A stretch of DNA of 64,000 nt from Perkinsela sp. CCAP 1560/9 (taxonomy: Eukaryota > Protista > Euglenozoa: Kinetoplastea). The DNA lies in NCBI GenBank assembly GCA_965644495.1, contig CBFFSA010000011.1, positions 62,001-126,000 on the forward strand. The letters are read 5' to 3'. A model generated the notes under the pieces. That model had not been told where the DNA came from and did no database searches. It saw only the letters and a list, made by a program, of their open reading frames with translations. Shown piece by piece: positions 51,015-61,531 of this stretch. Numbering within the stretch: the stretch's first letter is position 1; the number at the start of each line of letters is the position of its first letter. The position numbers were made by a program, and so were the translations under genes.

Positions 51015-52832
51015 ATGCTACAAGGAAGACCACCTTTGAGCGACGTTTCAAACGAAGCTTTTTGTCGACCAGCCCCAGAAAAAGGAAAAGGTTCGTGCGA
51101 CCAACAAAGGCGTGTTACAACAGCCTTGATGCCCAATACTGAACACGCAGCGCGCACAGATGTTGACGACGAATATCTGAGCACTGCAACAATAATATGG
51201 GGTGCCATTCATTACACAACACCCACATTTACTTTACTAGGAGATTTGGGTCTCATAGAATATTGTTCTATATTTATTGAGCGTGGGCTCTACACTGTAG
51301 GAGAACTTGTCGGCCTAAGCGAAGAGGCTTTGCTAAACCTAATACCTTGTGAGAAGCACCGTAAAAAGTTAAGCAAAGTTGTGAAAGCTTGTGTTGCGCA
51401 ATCTGCTTCGCATGACAACCTGAATACATCGACTTCGGCTGAGACGAGTAACGTGCTGCCATCCCACCACGATAATATTGAATCCAATGTTGTACACACG
51501 CGACAGAACAACCCCTATGCTTTTAACTGTTTTTCTCCATCGTCATCACCCTGTAAGGAAGAAAGCAAACGACCCGAATCTGAAGGGATGCCCCACACAG
51601 AACCACGATCACTATCAGCTTTGGGTATAATGACTGCAAAATCGGAGCCCCCAAAACGGAAAACTCCTCCGAGCTTGCAGAACATAATACCGGCCGCTGC
51701 ACATGGCGCTCCACCGTCCAAGTCTTTGGAGAACACAGAACGAGCTGTATCACATCCCATGGATCATCCACCCCCATCTGCACCCACCCCTACTCCCCAT
51801 TCAGCTCCCTTCCTTCCTACCACCACACTCCCTCGGGCACCATCCCATACTGTGTCATACCCTATTCCACCACCACCCACCGTTCTGTTCCCTACAACTC
51901 ACCCCCGCAACAACGTTGGTATGGACTTCCAATACCCCCATTCCGAAACCCAATTCCTGGCTCCACTACCACCCCCTCCTCTCCCCCTCCTCCCTCCCCA
52001 CACCCTCCCCACTCTACCCCCCTCCCTTAGCACCCCCGCAACTGCTGTACCCCAGCCTACGCTGCGTGCACCTCAGCAGCCTACCCCAGGTCCCCTGCTA
52101 CCCCAGACTGCCCCAGGTGCACCTATGCTTCCACACGCCGCCTCCTATGACTACCCCAGACCATCCATGTGGCTACCTCAGCAGCCTACCCCAGGTAGCC
52201 TTCATCTTCAGCCTACTTCATCCGGGATGCTGCTCCCCCAGCACAGCTCCTCGATGCCTCCCCCTTCTACGCTCCCCTCTCTCTCCAGCCCCGTCTACCC
52301 CTCCCCCCCTTCCGTCTGTGTGGTGGACTTCAAATGCCACACCGCCACGCACTGGTCCCCTGTGGTACTTAGCCCCGGGGTCTATGTGATTGTGGAGGGG
52401 GACCGCGGGGAGGACCTGGGCTGGGTCACCCAGTGTAGCCCCGTGGGGGGGACAGAGGGTACGGGGCGTGAGAGGGGCAGCAGTAACAACAACAACAACA
52501 ACAACGATAATCCTAATAACAATCTTCTCCCCGTGGTACGGCGACTAGCCTCCATGGAGGAGATTGTGTTCTGGCGAACCGAGCTCCATGAGAGAGCCAC
52601 ACACGCGCTGGGGGTCGGTCGTCGACGTGCGGGGGAGCTGGGGCTGGAGCTGGAGTTGCTCGAGGCGGAGTTTCAGATGGATCAGAATAAGCTTACGTTG
52701 TATTACCGGTCCAAGGCGCGGGTGGAGTTTGTGGCGTTGCTGAAGGTGTTGTATCGTGATTTCGGGTGCCGGATATGGATGGAACGGGTGGAGGAGGGTG
52801 TGGATGAGGAAATGGAGGAGTTGAGGGGTTGA
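51015..52832 (+). CDS. SAM domain + proline-rich linker + PSP1 C-terminal domain protein (CSBP-like)
   Basis: SAM: LGLIEY..IF..RG...L..LSEEAL..L....HRKKL; PSP1: VIVEGDRGEDLG, EFQMD.NKLTLYY, GCRIWM. Confidence 0.85.
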   Translation: MLQGRPPLSDVSNEAFCRPAPEKGKGSCDQQRRVTTALMPNTEHAARTDVDDEYLSTATIIWGAIHYTTPTFTLLGDLGLIEYCSIFIERGLYTVGELVGLSEEALLNLIPCEKHRKKLSKVVKACVAQSASHDNLNTSTSAETSNVLPSHHDNIESNVVHTRQNNPYAFNCFSPSSSPCKEESKRPESEGMPHTEPRSLSALGIMTAKSEPPKRKTPPSLQNIIPAAAHGAPPSKSLENTERAVSHPMDHPPPSAPTPTPHSAPFLPTTTLPRAPSHTVSYPIPPPPTVLFPTTHPRNNVGMDFQYPHSETQFLAPLPPPPLPLLPPHTLPTLPPSLSTPATAVPQPTLRAPQQPTPGPLLPQTAPGAPMLPHAASYDYPRPSMWLPQQPTPGSLHLQPTSSGMLLPQHSSSMPPPSTLPSLSSPVYPSPPSVCVVDFKCHTATHWSPVVLSPGVYVIVEGDRGEDLGWVTQCSPVGGTEGTGRERGSSNNNNNNNDNPNNNLLPVVRRLASMEEIVFWRTELHERATHALGVGRRRAGELGLELELLEAEFQMDQNKLTLYYRSKARVEFVALLKVLYRDFGCRIWMERVEEGVDEEMEELRG

Positions 52833-53363
52833 GAGAGGTTATGTAGCAGCAGAGTAGCGTAGGACGACATTCTACACGCATCGCGGAAGAATCATTTTTA
52901 AACTCAGAAGAATCTCTTGCCCGTATATTGGCAATATATTCCATATGCCGTTCCATCACTAACGTGTGTAGATTAACCCGTTACAAGTAGTATTTCGGTG
53001 TTAAGTAGTTAGTAGACCCACTAGCCCATTCCTTTGTGAATAATATTTTATTTTTAACAGTCATTGCCCAGTGTAGAATTTCGGCGGAAAAATGCCATGT
53101 TGCCTGAAGTGCAATGAGCAGAAGATATTCTTGCGCTTTGACGGCGTCCTAGCGAATATTCTCTTGCCGAAATTCAAGTGAATTCACTGCAACTGCAGAA
53201 CCTAGAAGAATGACAGTTCTTAGCCCCTTTTATTAATAATGATGACCCCCCTTCTACCTTTCTTCGCTTCATGAGTTGTTTAACACCTACCCTCTACCTT
53301 ATCTTTTCTTCTTTCTTATGCTTTTACATACTTTAACTACCCCATTCCGTATACACCACTTTC

Positions 53364-55508
53364 ATGTCACAATCCACCCCCAAAACAGATTCCAAGTCCC
53401 CCAAGGTCGAGGAGGGTATGTTTCGCTTCTGGGAAAACGAGGAGCATCTCAGCGGCGGGCTCCTCGGTAAATGTGAGTACAAGTGGACCACACTGGAACA
53501 CAACGGGGTGATCATGGCCCCAGCGTACGAGCCTCACAATATCCCGCTGCAGTACGGCGCGGAACTCATCCAGCTTACCGCGGAAGAAGAGGAGATGGCC
53601 ACCATGTTTGCCTCGATGCGAAAATTCGACTACTACCGGAATCCGATTTTTCGTAACAACTTCTTCGAGGACTGGAAAAAGGTGTTGGATTGTCGACCCG
53701 AGGGACAGGCGATCACGTCGCTGGCCCTTTGTAACTTTGATGCGATCCATGATTTTGAAATGGACCGGCGTGAGGCCCGGCGCGAGCGTAGCTCGGAGGA
53801 GAAGAAGAGGGAGCGCGAGGCGAATGCGATTCGGGAGGAGCCGTACCGGTTTTGTGTGTACGACGGCCGGGTGGAGCCGTTAGCCGCGTACAAGGTGGAG
53901 CCCCCAGGGTTGTTTCGGGGGAGGGGAAAGCACCCGCTGATGGGACGGCTAAAGCCACGGGTGAAACCAGAGGATATTGTGATTAATATTGGGGAGGAGG
54001 CGGAGGTGCCCCCGCCCCCGGCGGGGAGTAAGTGGGGTGCCGTCGTGCATAACCACGGCGCGACATGGGTGGCGTGCTGGAAGGACGCGCTAACGGGAAA
54101 CACAAAAATGGTGTTCCCGGGAAACACGAGTTCAATCAAAGGGTGCAGTGATCTGCGGAAGTATGAGAGGGCACGCCGCCTCAAAGGCGTCATCCCTGCG
54201 ATTCGTCAGGCGTACCGGAAGGATTTTGATGACCCTGACCGCACGGTGCGGCAGCGCGCGGTGTGTGTTTACTTTATCGATAAATTAGCGTTGCGAGTGG
54301 GCGGCGAGAAGTCCGCTGATGAGGCAGACACTGTCGGTTGCACCTCGCTAAAGATTAACAATGTGAGTCTTCGCGCCCCGAGCTCTATTCACTTTGATTT
54401 TCTTGGAAAAGACAGTATTCGCTATTTAAACACCGTGGAGGTACTCCCTCGAGTGTATACCCTCGTTGAGGAGTTCATGAAGGGTAAAGAAATGCCCGCT
54501 TGTCCCACCGCCCCGGACGGACGCAACCTCGTCCCGGAGGTGTTCGAGCGCATCAACCCGAGTCTGCTCAACGACTACCTGAAAACTTTTATGCCCGAGC
54601 TCACGGCTAAGGTGTTTCGTACGTACAATGCCTCGCTGTGTCTGGATGATGAGCTGCATGATAATCCATGTGCGGCGACGCTCACTGTAATGGAGAAATT
54701 AGCGTATCTAAATGAGGCAAATACCAAAGTCGCGGTGCTGTGTAATCACCAGCGTACGACTGTGCGAGCAGATTTCGATGCCCGGGTCGCATTGATGGGA
54801 TATCGAGTCGAGTTTCTTGAGTCGCTTCTGTGCCGATTGCATCATTTAAAAGAATTGATGCAGGGCGGGTCGAAAGAGGGGTTCGACACTGCCGTCGAGC
54901 ACTGGTTTGCCGAAGAGCATCGTTGGCAATGGGATTGGTTAGATAAATACGGTACGGAGGAGGAGAAGGAGACGTACCGCAACGATTTCTCTGATGAGAG
55001 CCGAAAGTCGATTCGGAGAACGCCCAGTGGGAAGAAGAGAGAAGGTGAGGTGCGTGGGTCGAGCAAAAAGTCGGACAAGAGCAATACGGATGAGGGAAAG
55101 AGTACGAAAAAGAACACGTCCCAGACTAAGGGGAACAGAAAAAGGAGTTCTAAACGTGAGGAAGACGAGGAAGACGAACTTACAGTAGCTGACCTGAAGA
55201 AGCGCACAAAAAAGAACGTAAAACCTGCTCATGCATCTGACGCCGAAGATAATATTACCGTTGGATCTCTTCGCAAAAGAAAAGCGACCATTTCGCGGGA
55301 CCAGAACAAAATTAAGTCTATTGATCAAGATACAGCGCTTAAGGATGAAGAGGACGACTTTTCTCTTGCGGACATACGGAAAGGTGTGCGGGAGAAGAAG
55401 ATTAAGCTAGAAGGTGGCGATGCGTCTGTGAAGGATGAAACTAAATTGGAGAACGAAACCAATGAAGAAGACGACTTCACCCTAGCTCAGCTTAGAAAAA
55501 AGAACTGA
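53364..55508 (+). CDS. TOP1B-L: DNA topoisomerase IB, large subunit
   Basis: KWTTLEHNG, EPPGLFRGRG.HP, LALRVG.EK, GKDSI, KVFRTYNAS, LCNHQR; no SKxNY catalytic tyrosine. Confidence 0.95.
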   Translation: MSQSTPKTDSKSPKVEEGMFRFWENEEHLSGGLLGKCEYKWTTLEHNGVIMAPAYEPHNIPLQYGAELIQLTAEEEEMATMFASMRKFDYYRNPIFRNNFFEDWKKVLDCRPEGQAITSLALCNFDAIHDFEMDRREARRERSSEEKKREREANAIREEPYRFCVYDGRVEPLAAYKVEPPGLFRGRGKHPLMGRLKPRVKPEDIVINIGEEAEVPPPPAGSKWGAVVHNHGATWVACWKDALTGNTKMVFPGNTSSIKGCSDLRKYERARRLKGVIPAIRQAYRKDFDDPDRTVRQRAVCVYFIDKLALRVGGEKSADEADTVGCTSLKINNVSLRAPSSIHFDFLGKDSIRYLNTVEVLPRVYTLVEEFMKGKEMPACPTAPDGRNLVPEVFERINPSLLNDYLKTFMPELTAKVFRTYNASLCLDDELHDNPCAATLTVMEKLAYLNEANTKVAVLCNHQRTTVRADFDARVALMGYRVEFLESLLCRLHHLKELMQGGSKEGFDTAVEHWFAEEHRWQWDWLDKYGTEEEKETYRNDFSDESRKSIRRTPSGKKREGEVRGSSKKSDKSNTDEGKSTKKNTSQTKGNRKRSSKREEDEEDELTVADLKKRTKKNVKPAHASDAEDNITVGSLRKRKATISRDQNKIKSIDQDTALKDEEDDFSLADIRKGVREKKIKLEGGDASVKDETKLENETNEEDDFTLAQLRKKN

Positions 55509-55837
55509 AACCGTTTCACGATTTTAGTAACACCGTTCGTCTAGGCCGACCGCGACTTGTGACGCTGGAATATGAAATTGTCGCTTTATGTTGCTTTTTG
55601 TATTTTGGTGCCAGATTTTGGCTGCACGATCTTCGCTGCACGACAAAAAGTTTTACACGGCTTCGCGATTTCTAAATTCTATACTCGGATGCTAAAATAT
55701 ACACACGAATGTTCAAGCACCGCAAATTTACGTGCAGTCCATCCGTTTTCTATTTCTTTTCAGACTCCACTCATTCTCCTTTCCTTGGATACATTTCCTT
55801 TCCCTTTCACCCACCCTTATACCCCCCACCTACCTCC

Positions 55838-58147
55838 ATGCCGGTCCTCCGATTCCCCCCCCTTGTTCCGCTCAAAACCGCCTCCCCCCCTCTACCCCCC
55901 CTCCCCCTCCCCTCCCGCCTCCTCGCCCGCCCCTACCACACCCTCATCGACACCTCCTTCGTCGGGTCCCCCGTCCCCGCGGCCGCCCTCCCCCCCTCCC
56001 CGACCCTCCACGCGGTCTGCCACAGTATCCTCCACGCCTACCGCACCCTGCTGCGGCTCAACCCCCGGGACTACTCCCCCCTCCTCCCCACGCTCTACCG
56101 TAACATGGGGGGCGCCGTCGAGTACGAGTCCCAGGACTACTACGGCGGCTACCGCGAGGTCCACCACGTGATGCTCGAGCGCTGGTGGGACTACCAAGGC
56201 CGACTGTGTTGTGCCGATCAAATTGCAAAGCTCCCGATGGGGCTCCTGGTCGATACCGCACTCGCGTTGGATTATGCCAGTCGACTGACCAAAGGGTTGA
56301 GTCGCCCCACGTGGCTCCCGGAACGCAGGAGGCACCGTCCCCGACTGGAGGGGTTTGTGCAAGCCATTGTGGAGGTGGGGGGATTGGAGGGGAGAAGGGG
56401 GGAGGCGATGGAGGAGCTGCGACCGGAGCAAAAAACGGATTTTGAGTCGTTGTGTATGAAATGTGGCGTGGTACCGATGCAATGGGGGGGAGAGGGGTGT
56501 GGGGGGGAAGGGGAAGGGTCATCTCCAGCGCACGCTCGGGCGATGTTACGGAACGTGGGCAGCGGGATTTCCAAATGGGGGAGTGTCGCGCGAGTGGACG
56601 TGCTAACGAGAGCGGTCGCGGATGTGGGAAACCTCGCGCTCTCGGACGTGTGCCTTGTGTTGGAGAGTCTCGCCCACGTGCCGCGGCGTGTACGTCGGCC
56701 TTTTCTGGATCCATTGCTGAGACGTGCGAAACAAATCTTGTACCGCCCGCGAGGGACTGTTGCCCGGTGGGGATCCGAGACATTGCCTGCGGTGCGTCAG
56801 TGGCGGGTACAGCACGAGGGGGAGGATCAACAGAGTTCCACGCCGTTGCTCCCGCGAGCATTCTCCCGGCACGGAGACTACACCGTCACTGGTTCCCACC
56901 CGGCGGAGATTTTGAGGCTCGTGACGGCGCTCGCGGCGCTCGAGTTGCCGCAGGAGAAAGTTTTCGCCGAGGAACTTTTGCACGTTGTAAAGCAGGGTGA
57001 CAGCGTGACGTCACGATCTGGCGCCGGGGAGGTGCCACGGGCGCTGCGCGCGATCGCACTGCTGACTCGCTCGGAAAGTTCGCGTCAGAGCTTGGAAGAA
57101 ACGTTGCTGCATTTGGAGTACGCTGTCACACCACATATTTCGATGCTGCAGTTACCGCAGTTGTGTGAGCTTGTGGAAAATTGGGCCACGGTCGAACACC
57201 ACCCACAATGTCTTTCGCGTCTGTATAGTGCCCTGAGTAAATTGGTAAGCAGTATGACGTTCTTGCAAATACTCGCGGTACTGAAAGGAGTAGCTTTCTT
57301 ACAGGGCGATGCCGCCGTACTACTGGCACAGATCGGGTCAGCATTAACTCAAAAAAAATTTAAGATAGAGCAATGCGATATGTCTGATCTTTTCCGTTCT
57401 TTATCAAAGTTGCCGTACCGTAATTTACAAAACGGTGTGGTATCTTGGATCAAAGACTTTTTATCCTCTGGTGTTGAACCGAATGGACATGTACGGCTCT
57501 CCGTACCCCTATGTGTATTGTACCTCAATAGTCTGCTTCTCGCAGAGAGATTCGTAACTGATCCCAAATTGGATGCTCACGTCGTTGACCATCTAAAGGC
57601 GGACATTGCCGATATAATGCAGCACGAAGCGATGTACATGAATGCTCTTTTCCGCGTGACATTAGTCCATTGCGTAAAGAATAGAGAACTTAGTGAAATT
57701 CTTCACTTTTTGTTGAGGAATCGAAAGCGTCTCAGTGATGATCTATTTTCATATGAGTCGTCATTATCCCTTATGGAAATTTTAAAAGAACCAAACACAG
57801 AGAAATTTCATGCAGATGCCATTTCATTTCTTCAACACACACTCGAAAAATCTCCGATATCACTAGCTACAAAAAGCGGATGTGCACTACTAGAACAAAT
57901 ATGCTTGTACCACTCTACACACACCATTTCGCCAGATATTCGATATGTTGTCACTAAGAAACTAACGAAGCACATGGATTATATGGCAAAGGTCCGTCCC
58001 GCAGAATTTAATTTTCCATCGGCACATAAAAGAAGAATACTCTTAAATAACGCTACAAAGGAAAAAATAGAACTATTTCTTATGTCCGTAATTTCCAAGC
58101 TAAACGCTGCGGACAATTTCGAAAGAACTGAATTAAAAATAGCTTAG
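55838..58147 (+). CDS. Hypothetical helical-repeat protein, possibly mitochondrial
   Basis: Long ORF; Leu-rich helical C-half; targeting-like N-terminus from ATG 55838 (alternative ATG 55709). Confidence 0.7.
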   Translation: MPVLRFPPLVPLKTASPPLPPLPLPSRLLARPYHTLIDTSFVGSPVPAAALPPSPTLHAVCHSILHAYRTLLRLNPRDYSPLLPTLYRNMGGAVEYESQDYYGGYREVHHVMLERWWDYQGRLCCADQIAKLPMGLLVDTALALDYASRLTKGLSRPTWLPERRRHRPRLEGFVQAIVEVGGLEGRRGEAMEELRPEQKTDFESLCMKCGVVPMQWGGEGCGGEGEGSSPAHARAMLRNVGSGISKWGSVARVDVLTRAVADVGNLALSDVCLVLESLAHVPRRVRRPFLDPLLRRAKQILYRPRGTVARWGSETLPAVRQWRVQHEGEDQQSSTPLLPRAFSRHGDYTVTGSHPAEILRLVTALAALELPQEKVFAEELLHVVKQGDSVTSRSGAGEVPRALRAIALLTRSESSRQSLEETLLHLEYAVTPHISMLQLPQLCELVENWATVEHHPQCLSRLYSALSKLVSSMTFLQILAVLKGVAFLQGDAAVLLAQIGSALTQKKFKIEQCDMSDLFRSLSKLPYRNLQNGVVSWIKDFLSSGVEPNGHVRLSVPLCVLYLNSLLLAERFVTDPKLDAHVVDHLKADIADIMQHEAMYMNALFRVTLVHCVKNRELSEILHFLLRNRKRLSDDLFSYESSLSLMEILKEPNTEKFHADAISFLQHTLEKSPISLATKSGCALLEQICLYHSTHTISPDIRYVVTKKLTKHMDYMAKVRPAEFNFPSAHKRRILLNNATKEKIELFLMSVISKLNAADNFERTELKIA

Positions 58148-58297
58148 CTCTGAAATCCACACCAAGGGGCCACACGGGACGTACAGTGCATAGAGGATAT
58201 TGCGGTGGTTGTTTAACTAACGCTTTAATTAATTTCTAGCTCATTTCAAAATGTAAAAAAAATAAAAATATCTTGTATTTTTTTTTCGACGAAAAAT

Positions 58298-59301
58298 CTA
58301 AATCCGCATAAGCGGAGCTTTCTGCCTTTTTGCCGTAGCGACGACGACTTCCTCGCATGGGAAGCTGTAAGGAGCCCTAGGATCTGCTAGGAAACTACGG
58401 AATTGGGAGGAGGAAAGGATAAGGGCTCGCTGGAGAACTTGAGATCTGCGATCTTCCATATCACTGGAGATATCACCGGAGACAGTGACCCACTCTTTGC
58501 GATGATTCACGGCGCCGTGACGCCATTCATGGTTCAAGCATTTGCTTGCGCCGGCGCAGTCGGTGTAGATTTGGCAACGGGAGTTCTTGGCCAGGTGGCG
58601 TACGTGCGGCGTCATCGTTGCAGCATCTGTGCTCTCCAGGTATCTCACGAAGATTTTTTTCATTGGATAATGAATACAACCATGTTCATTGGGTATTTCG
58701 TCGCAGTGAACCAAAGTATGATATCAGGATGATCCGTCGCATCGGATTCTTTTGCCGCGCCCACACCCCATACGCTTAATTCGCGAAACACAGGTTTCGT
58801 CTTTCTGCATGAATAAGACGGTACCTTTCGCAGCATCAAAGCGCATGTCGTGTGCGATGCCCACATCAAATTCGAAGAACTGGAATAGATTGACAACGGT
58901 GATTCTGCTGAGTGTGGTCTCGCGCAATATCTGCTGCAAAGATAGGCCTTCAATCAGTCCATACAACACCATCAGGGTGTCTTTTAGACTTCCTTTACTC
59001 TGTAGATTTAACAAAGGCTCCATCGAGCTGTAGCGTGCGCGACATTCTAGTGAATCCATATACGGGAAGTACCAATGGGTACTTCATACACATATGGGCC
59101 TTCATGAACGCACATGATTTCTTTATCGGCATGATGTTTCACTTTTTGGCACCATACTTGCTGAGCAACAAGCTTATGGTTTTGTAGCCAGCGTGCTGGC
59201 ACCTCTTCTGTGGTACCTCCAAAGCACGAAAGTGACATTGATTTTACGCACTCCAAGTCATCACAACCCTCGCAAAACCAGTTGACGCTAACTTCTGACA
59301 T
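58298..59301 (-). mobile_element. Merlin / IS1595 (ISXO2-like) transposase pseudogene
   Basis: Cys-rich N-terminus, HTH LSLQQILRETTLSRITV, QKDET...K...GRG, IYTD, H.AVNH..WV...G; split over 3 frames. Confidence 0.85.
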
Positions 59302-59351
59302 GAAAGTATTCGTAAGATTTCAACTCAGATGCTATATTCCTTCACTTATGC

Positions 59352-59424
59352 AAAGCTCCTTTACTCCTGCAATAGTCCTTTACTGATGCAGTAGTCCTTT
59401 ACTTAGGCAAAAGTCCTTGACTTC
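59352..59424. repeat. Four AGTCCTTTACT-like repeats upstream of the Merlin transposase (possible terminal repeats)
   Basis: (G/C)TCCTT(T/G)ACT at ~19-20 bp spacing. Confidence 0.7.
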
Positions 59425-59652
59425 CACCCAAAAATCTTGCTACCGTCTTTTGCCCGACCCCGGTCGTGGAATTTGCCCGGTTGTCATGTTGTTAGCAATA
59501 TCAGCCCACAGCAACATCAAGGTGTGCATACTCATTGAGGAAGATACTAATCAAACTTTTTCACCCAAAAAAATAGATTTTTCTTTTTTAGTGGCTTCGT
59601 TAAACGCGGAGGTAGTTGTACAGGTAGTTGTATGCAGTATTGTGTCAAGCTC

Positions 59653-60061
59653 TTAGCATAGCTCATGGACGGAATTGGTGAGTGTGGTTCGAAGCGAATG
59701 TGCTATTTGGCTGAAACCAGCGCATTGGCGGATGAGTGTGACGGAAAATTGTGGCTCTTCCATGTATTCGATCGCGGCCAGGGGTTCTTCAGCAGGCAAC
59801 AGGGTGTGTTCGCGGAGAAATTCTGTACAGAAATCAGTCGTTCCTACAGGGCTACCTAAAATTGAAAAATTCTCCTCACTTGTCTTTTTAGTCGTCGGGA
59901 TGTTGTTGAAGCCGTCCAGGAGTTCGGCGGATTCAGGATGTGTGATCGCCTCGCACTTGTTCGCGTTTAGGAAGATGCCCCACTGTGGGCCGACTCGTTC
60001 GATGGTGTCTAAAGCTCGTCTGACGTCTTGAGCCTTCCCCCCCCAGAATCCCGTCATCCAA
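59653..60061 (-). mobile_element. CRE/SLACS-like reverse transcriptase fragment
   Basis: LDDGILGG (one extra G in a homopolymer shifts the frame), GIFLNANKCE, LGSPVG..F, Q...LIRQCAG...HSLRT. Confidence 0.85.
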
Positions 60062-60160
60062 TTTCTTTTATTGAGGGAGACACGGTGAGTATCTAACTCG
60101 CTTACTAAGAGGGTTGAAACTTTCCCCTAAAACGAGCACAAAAACGATCTTTTTAAAATT

Positions 60161-60975
60161 TTAGGGATTGTGGTAGTTCCGATGAGTACTCATCCAAACT
60201 AGCATTACCTCCTAGGGGGTTGTGGTAGTTTCAATGAGTACTCATGCAAACTACTATCACCGCCCTCCGACGAAAATGAAAGTACTCATCCAAACTACCA
60301 TAAATCGCGTTGTAATGGTAGTTTGGATGAGTACTCATCGAAACGACCTCTGCACATGGTACTCTGGATGAGTATTCATCGAAACGACCTCTGCACATGG
60401 TACTTTGGATGAGTAGACAGGTAAACTAGGTGATGCAGTATAGGAAAAAAATACACGATCCTGCGGAAGTGGCAGACATACAGTAGTTAGGTAGACTGTA
60501 CAGTAGGTTCTCAGTGCGCGACCCGCGCGCTCCAGCGCGCGGGTCGCCAAAGAATATAATTATGTCCCAGGGCTACGCTCACAGTTGGGCCTTGCTCGCA
60601 CACGGGGGCTTTCGCCTCTAGACGTGGGCTTCGCAGTTGAGCCTTGCCTCCAGACAGGTAAACTAGGTGATGCAATATAGGAAAAAAAATACACAATCCC
60701 GAAGACAGGTAAACTAGGCGTCACTGTCCTCGGCTACGTTCACAGTTTAGCCTTAGAGAGTTTAGCCTTAGAGATGTCGGTAAGAGAGCGAAAAGTCCTC
60801 ATCCCAAGTACCATGTGCAGAGGTCGTTTCAATGAGTACTCATTCAAAGTACCATGTGAAGAGGTCGTTTCGATGAGTACTCATCCAAAGTACCATGTGT
60901 AGAGGTCGTTTCGATGAGTATATTTTTTCGCAAAACTAAAAATTTGTTTCGATGAGTACTCATCCAAACTGCTAC
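60161..60975. repeat. Fold-back array of GATGAGTACTCATC palindromes with inverted 41-bp units
   Basis: About 11 full or half sites; units at 60334-60415 are inverted relative to 60798-60920. Confidence 0.9.
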
Positions 60976-61305
60976 AACGCCAAATTTTAAAAACAGGGGC
61001 ATGGCTCATCAAACAATATCTGTAATACACCAAAAACGAAAAAATAGAGCACGGTAAGCAGTTTTTAGAACCCTTTTGCCGAAAACGCGACCCGGAATGC
61101 GGCTCAGAAACGGACATTTCAAATCCGAAAAAAACGCGAAGATGCTTGATTATGTTCCCAAAATTGACAGACTACAGCTGTTTCAAAGTTTGGGGAATAT
61201 TTTTGTGCTCCTAAACTAACTTCCAGAACTAACTTTTTTTTGAAACGCATTTCACTCGCCGACGGCATAACAAATGACCGAAAAAAGGGTATGATTTTTT
61301 CCGCC

Positions 61306-61531
61306 TTGAAAAAGTGGCCATCTGGTCACCCCCTGGCACAATGGTAAGCTGGCCACCTGGAAAAATGGCCAGCTGACTACCAAAAAATACAGTTTGCATT
61401 TTGTATACGTAAGATGAATGGCGACGCCCAATTAAAGTCGCAAGCTCGCCACCTCCTGCATGAAAGGACAGCTTTCGACTTTTTTAGGGGGTGGCCAGCT
61501 GGCCACTTTTTCAGTGGCTGGCCAGGTGGCC
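61306..61531. repeat. Inverted repeat element rich in GGCCA(G/C/T)CTGG
   Basis: TGAAAAAGTGGCCATCTGGTCACCCC vs GGGGTGGCCAGCTGGCCACTTTTTCA. Confidence 0.7.

Noticed and set aside
54985-55015. Hammerhead-like CTGATGAG...CGAAA
   Set aside because: No stem I can form and it lies in the TOP1B coding frame (SDESRK)
586-58000. Many short antisense or alternate-frame ORFs inside host genes
   Set aside because: Shadows of real + strand CDSs, especially in GC-skewed segments
60320-60420. Hammerhead-like GATGAG...CGAAAC repeats
   Set aside because: Core is CTGGATGA/TTGGATGA rather than CTGATGA; explained by the DNA palindrome
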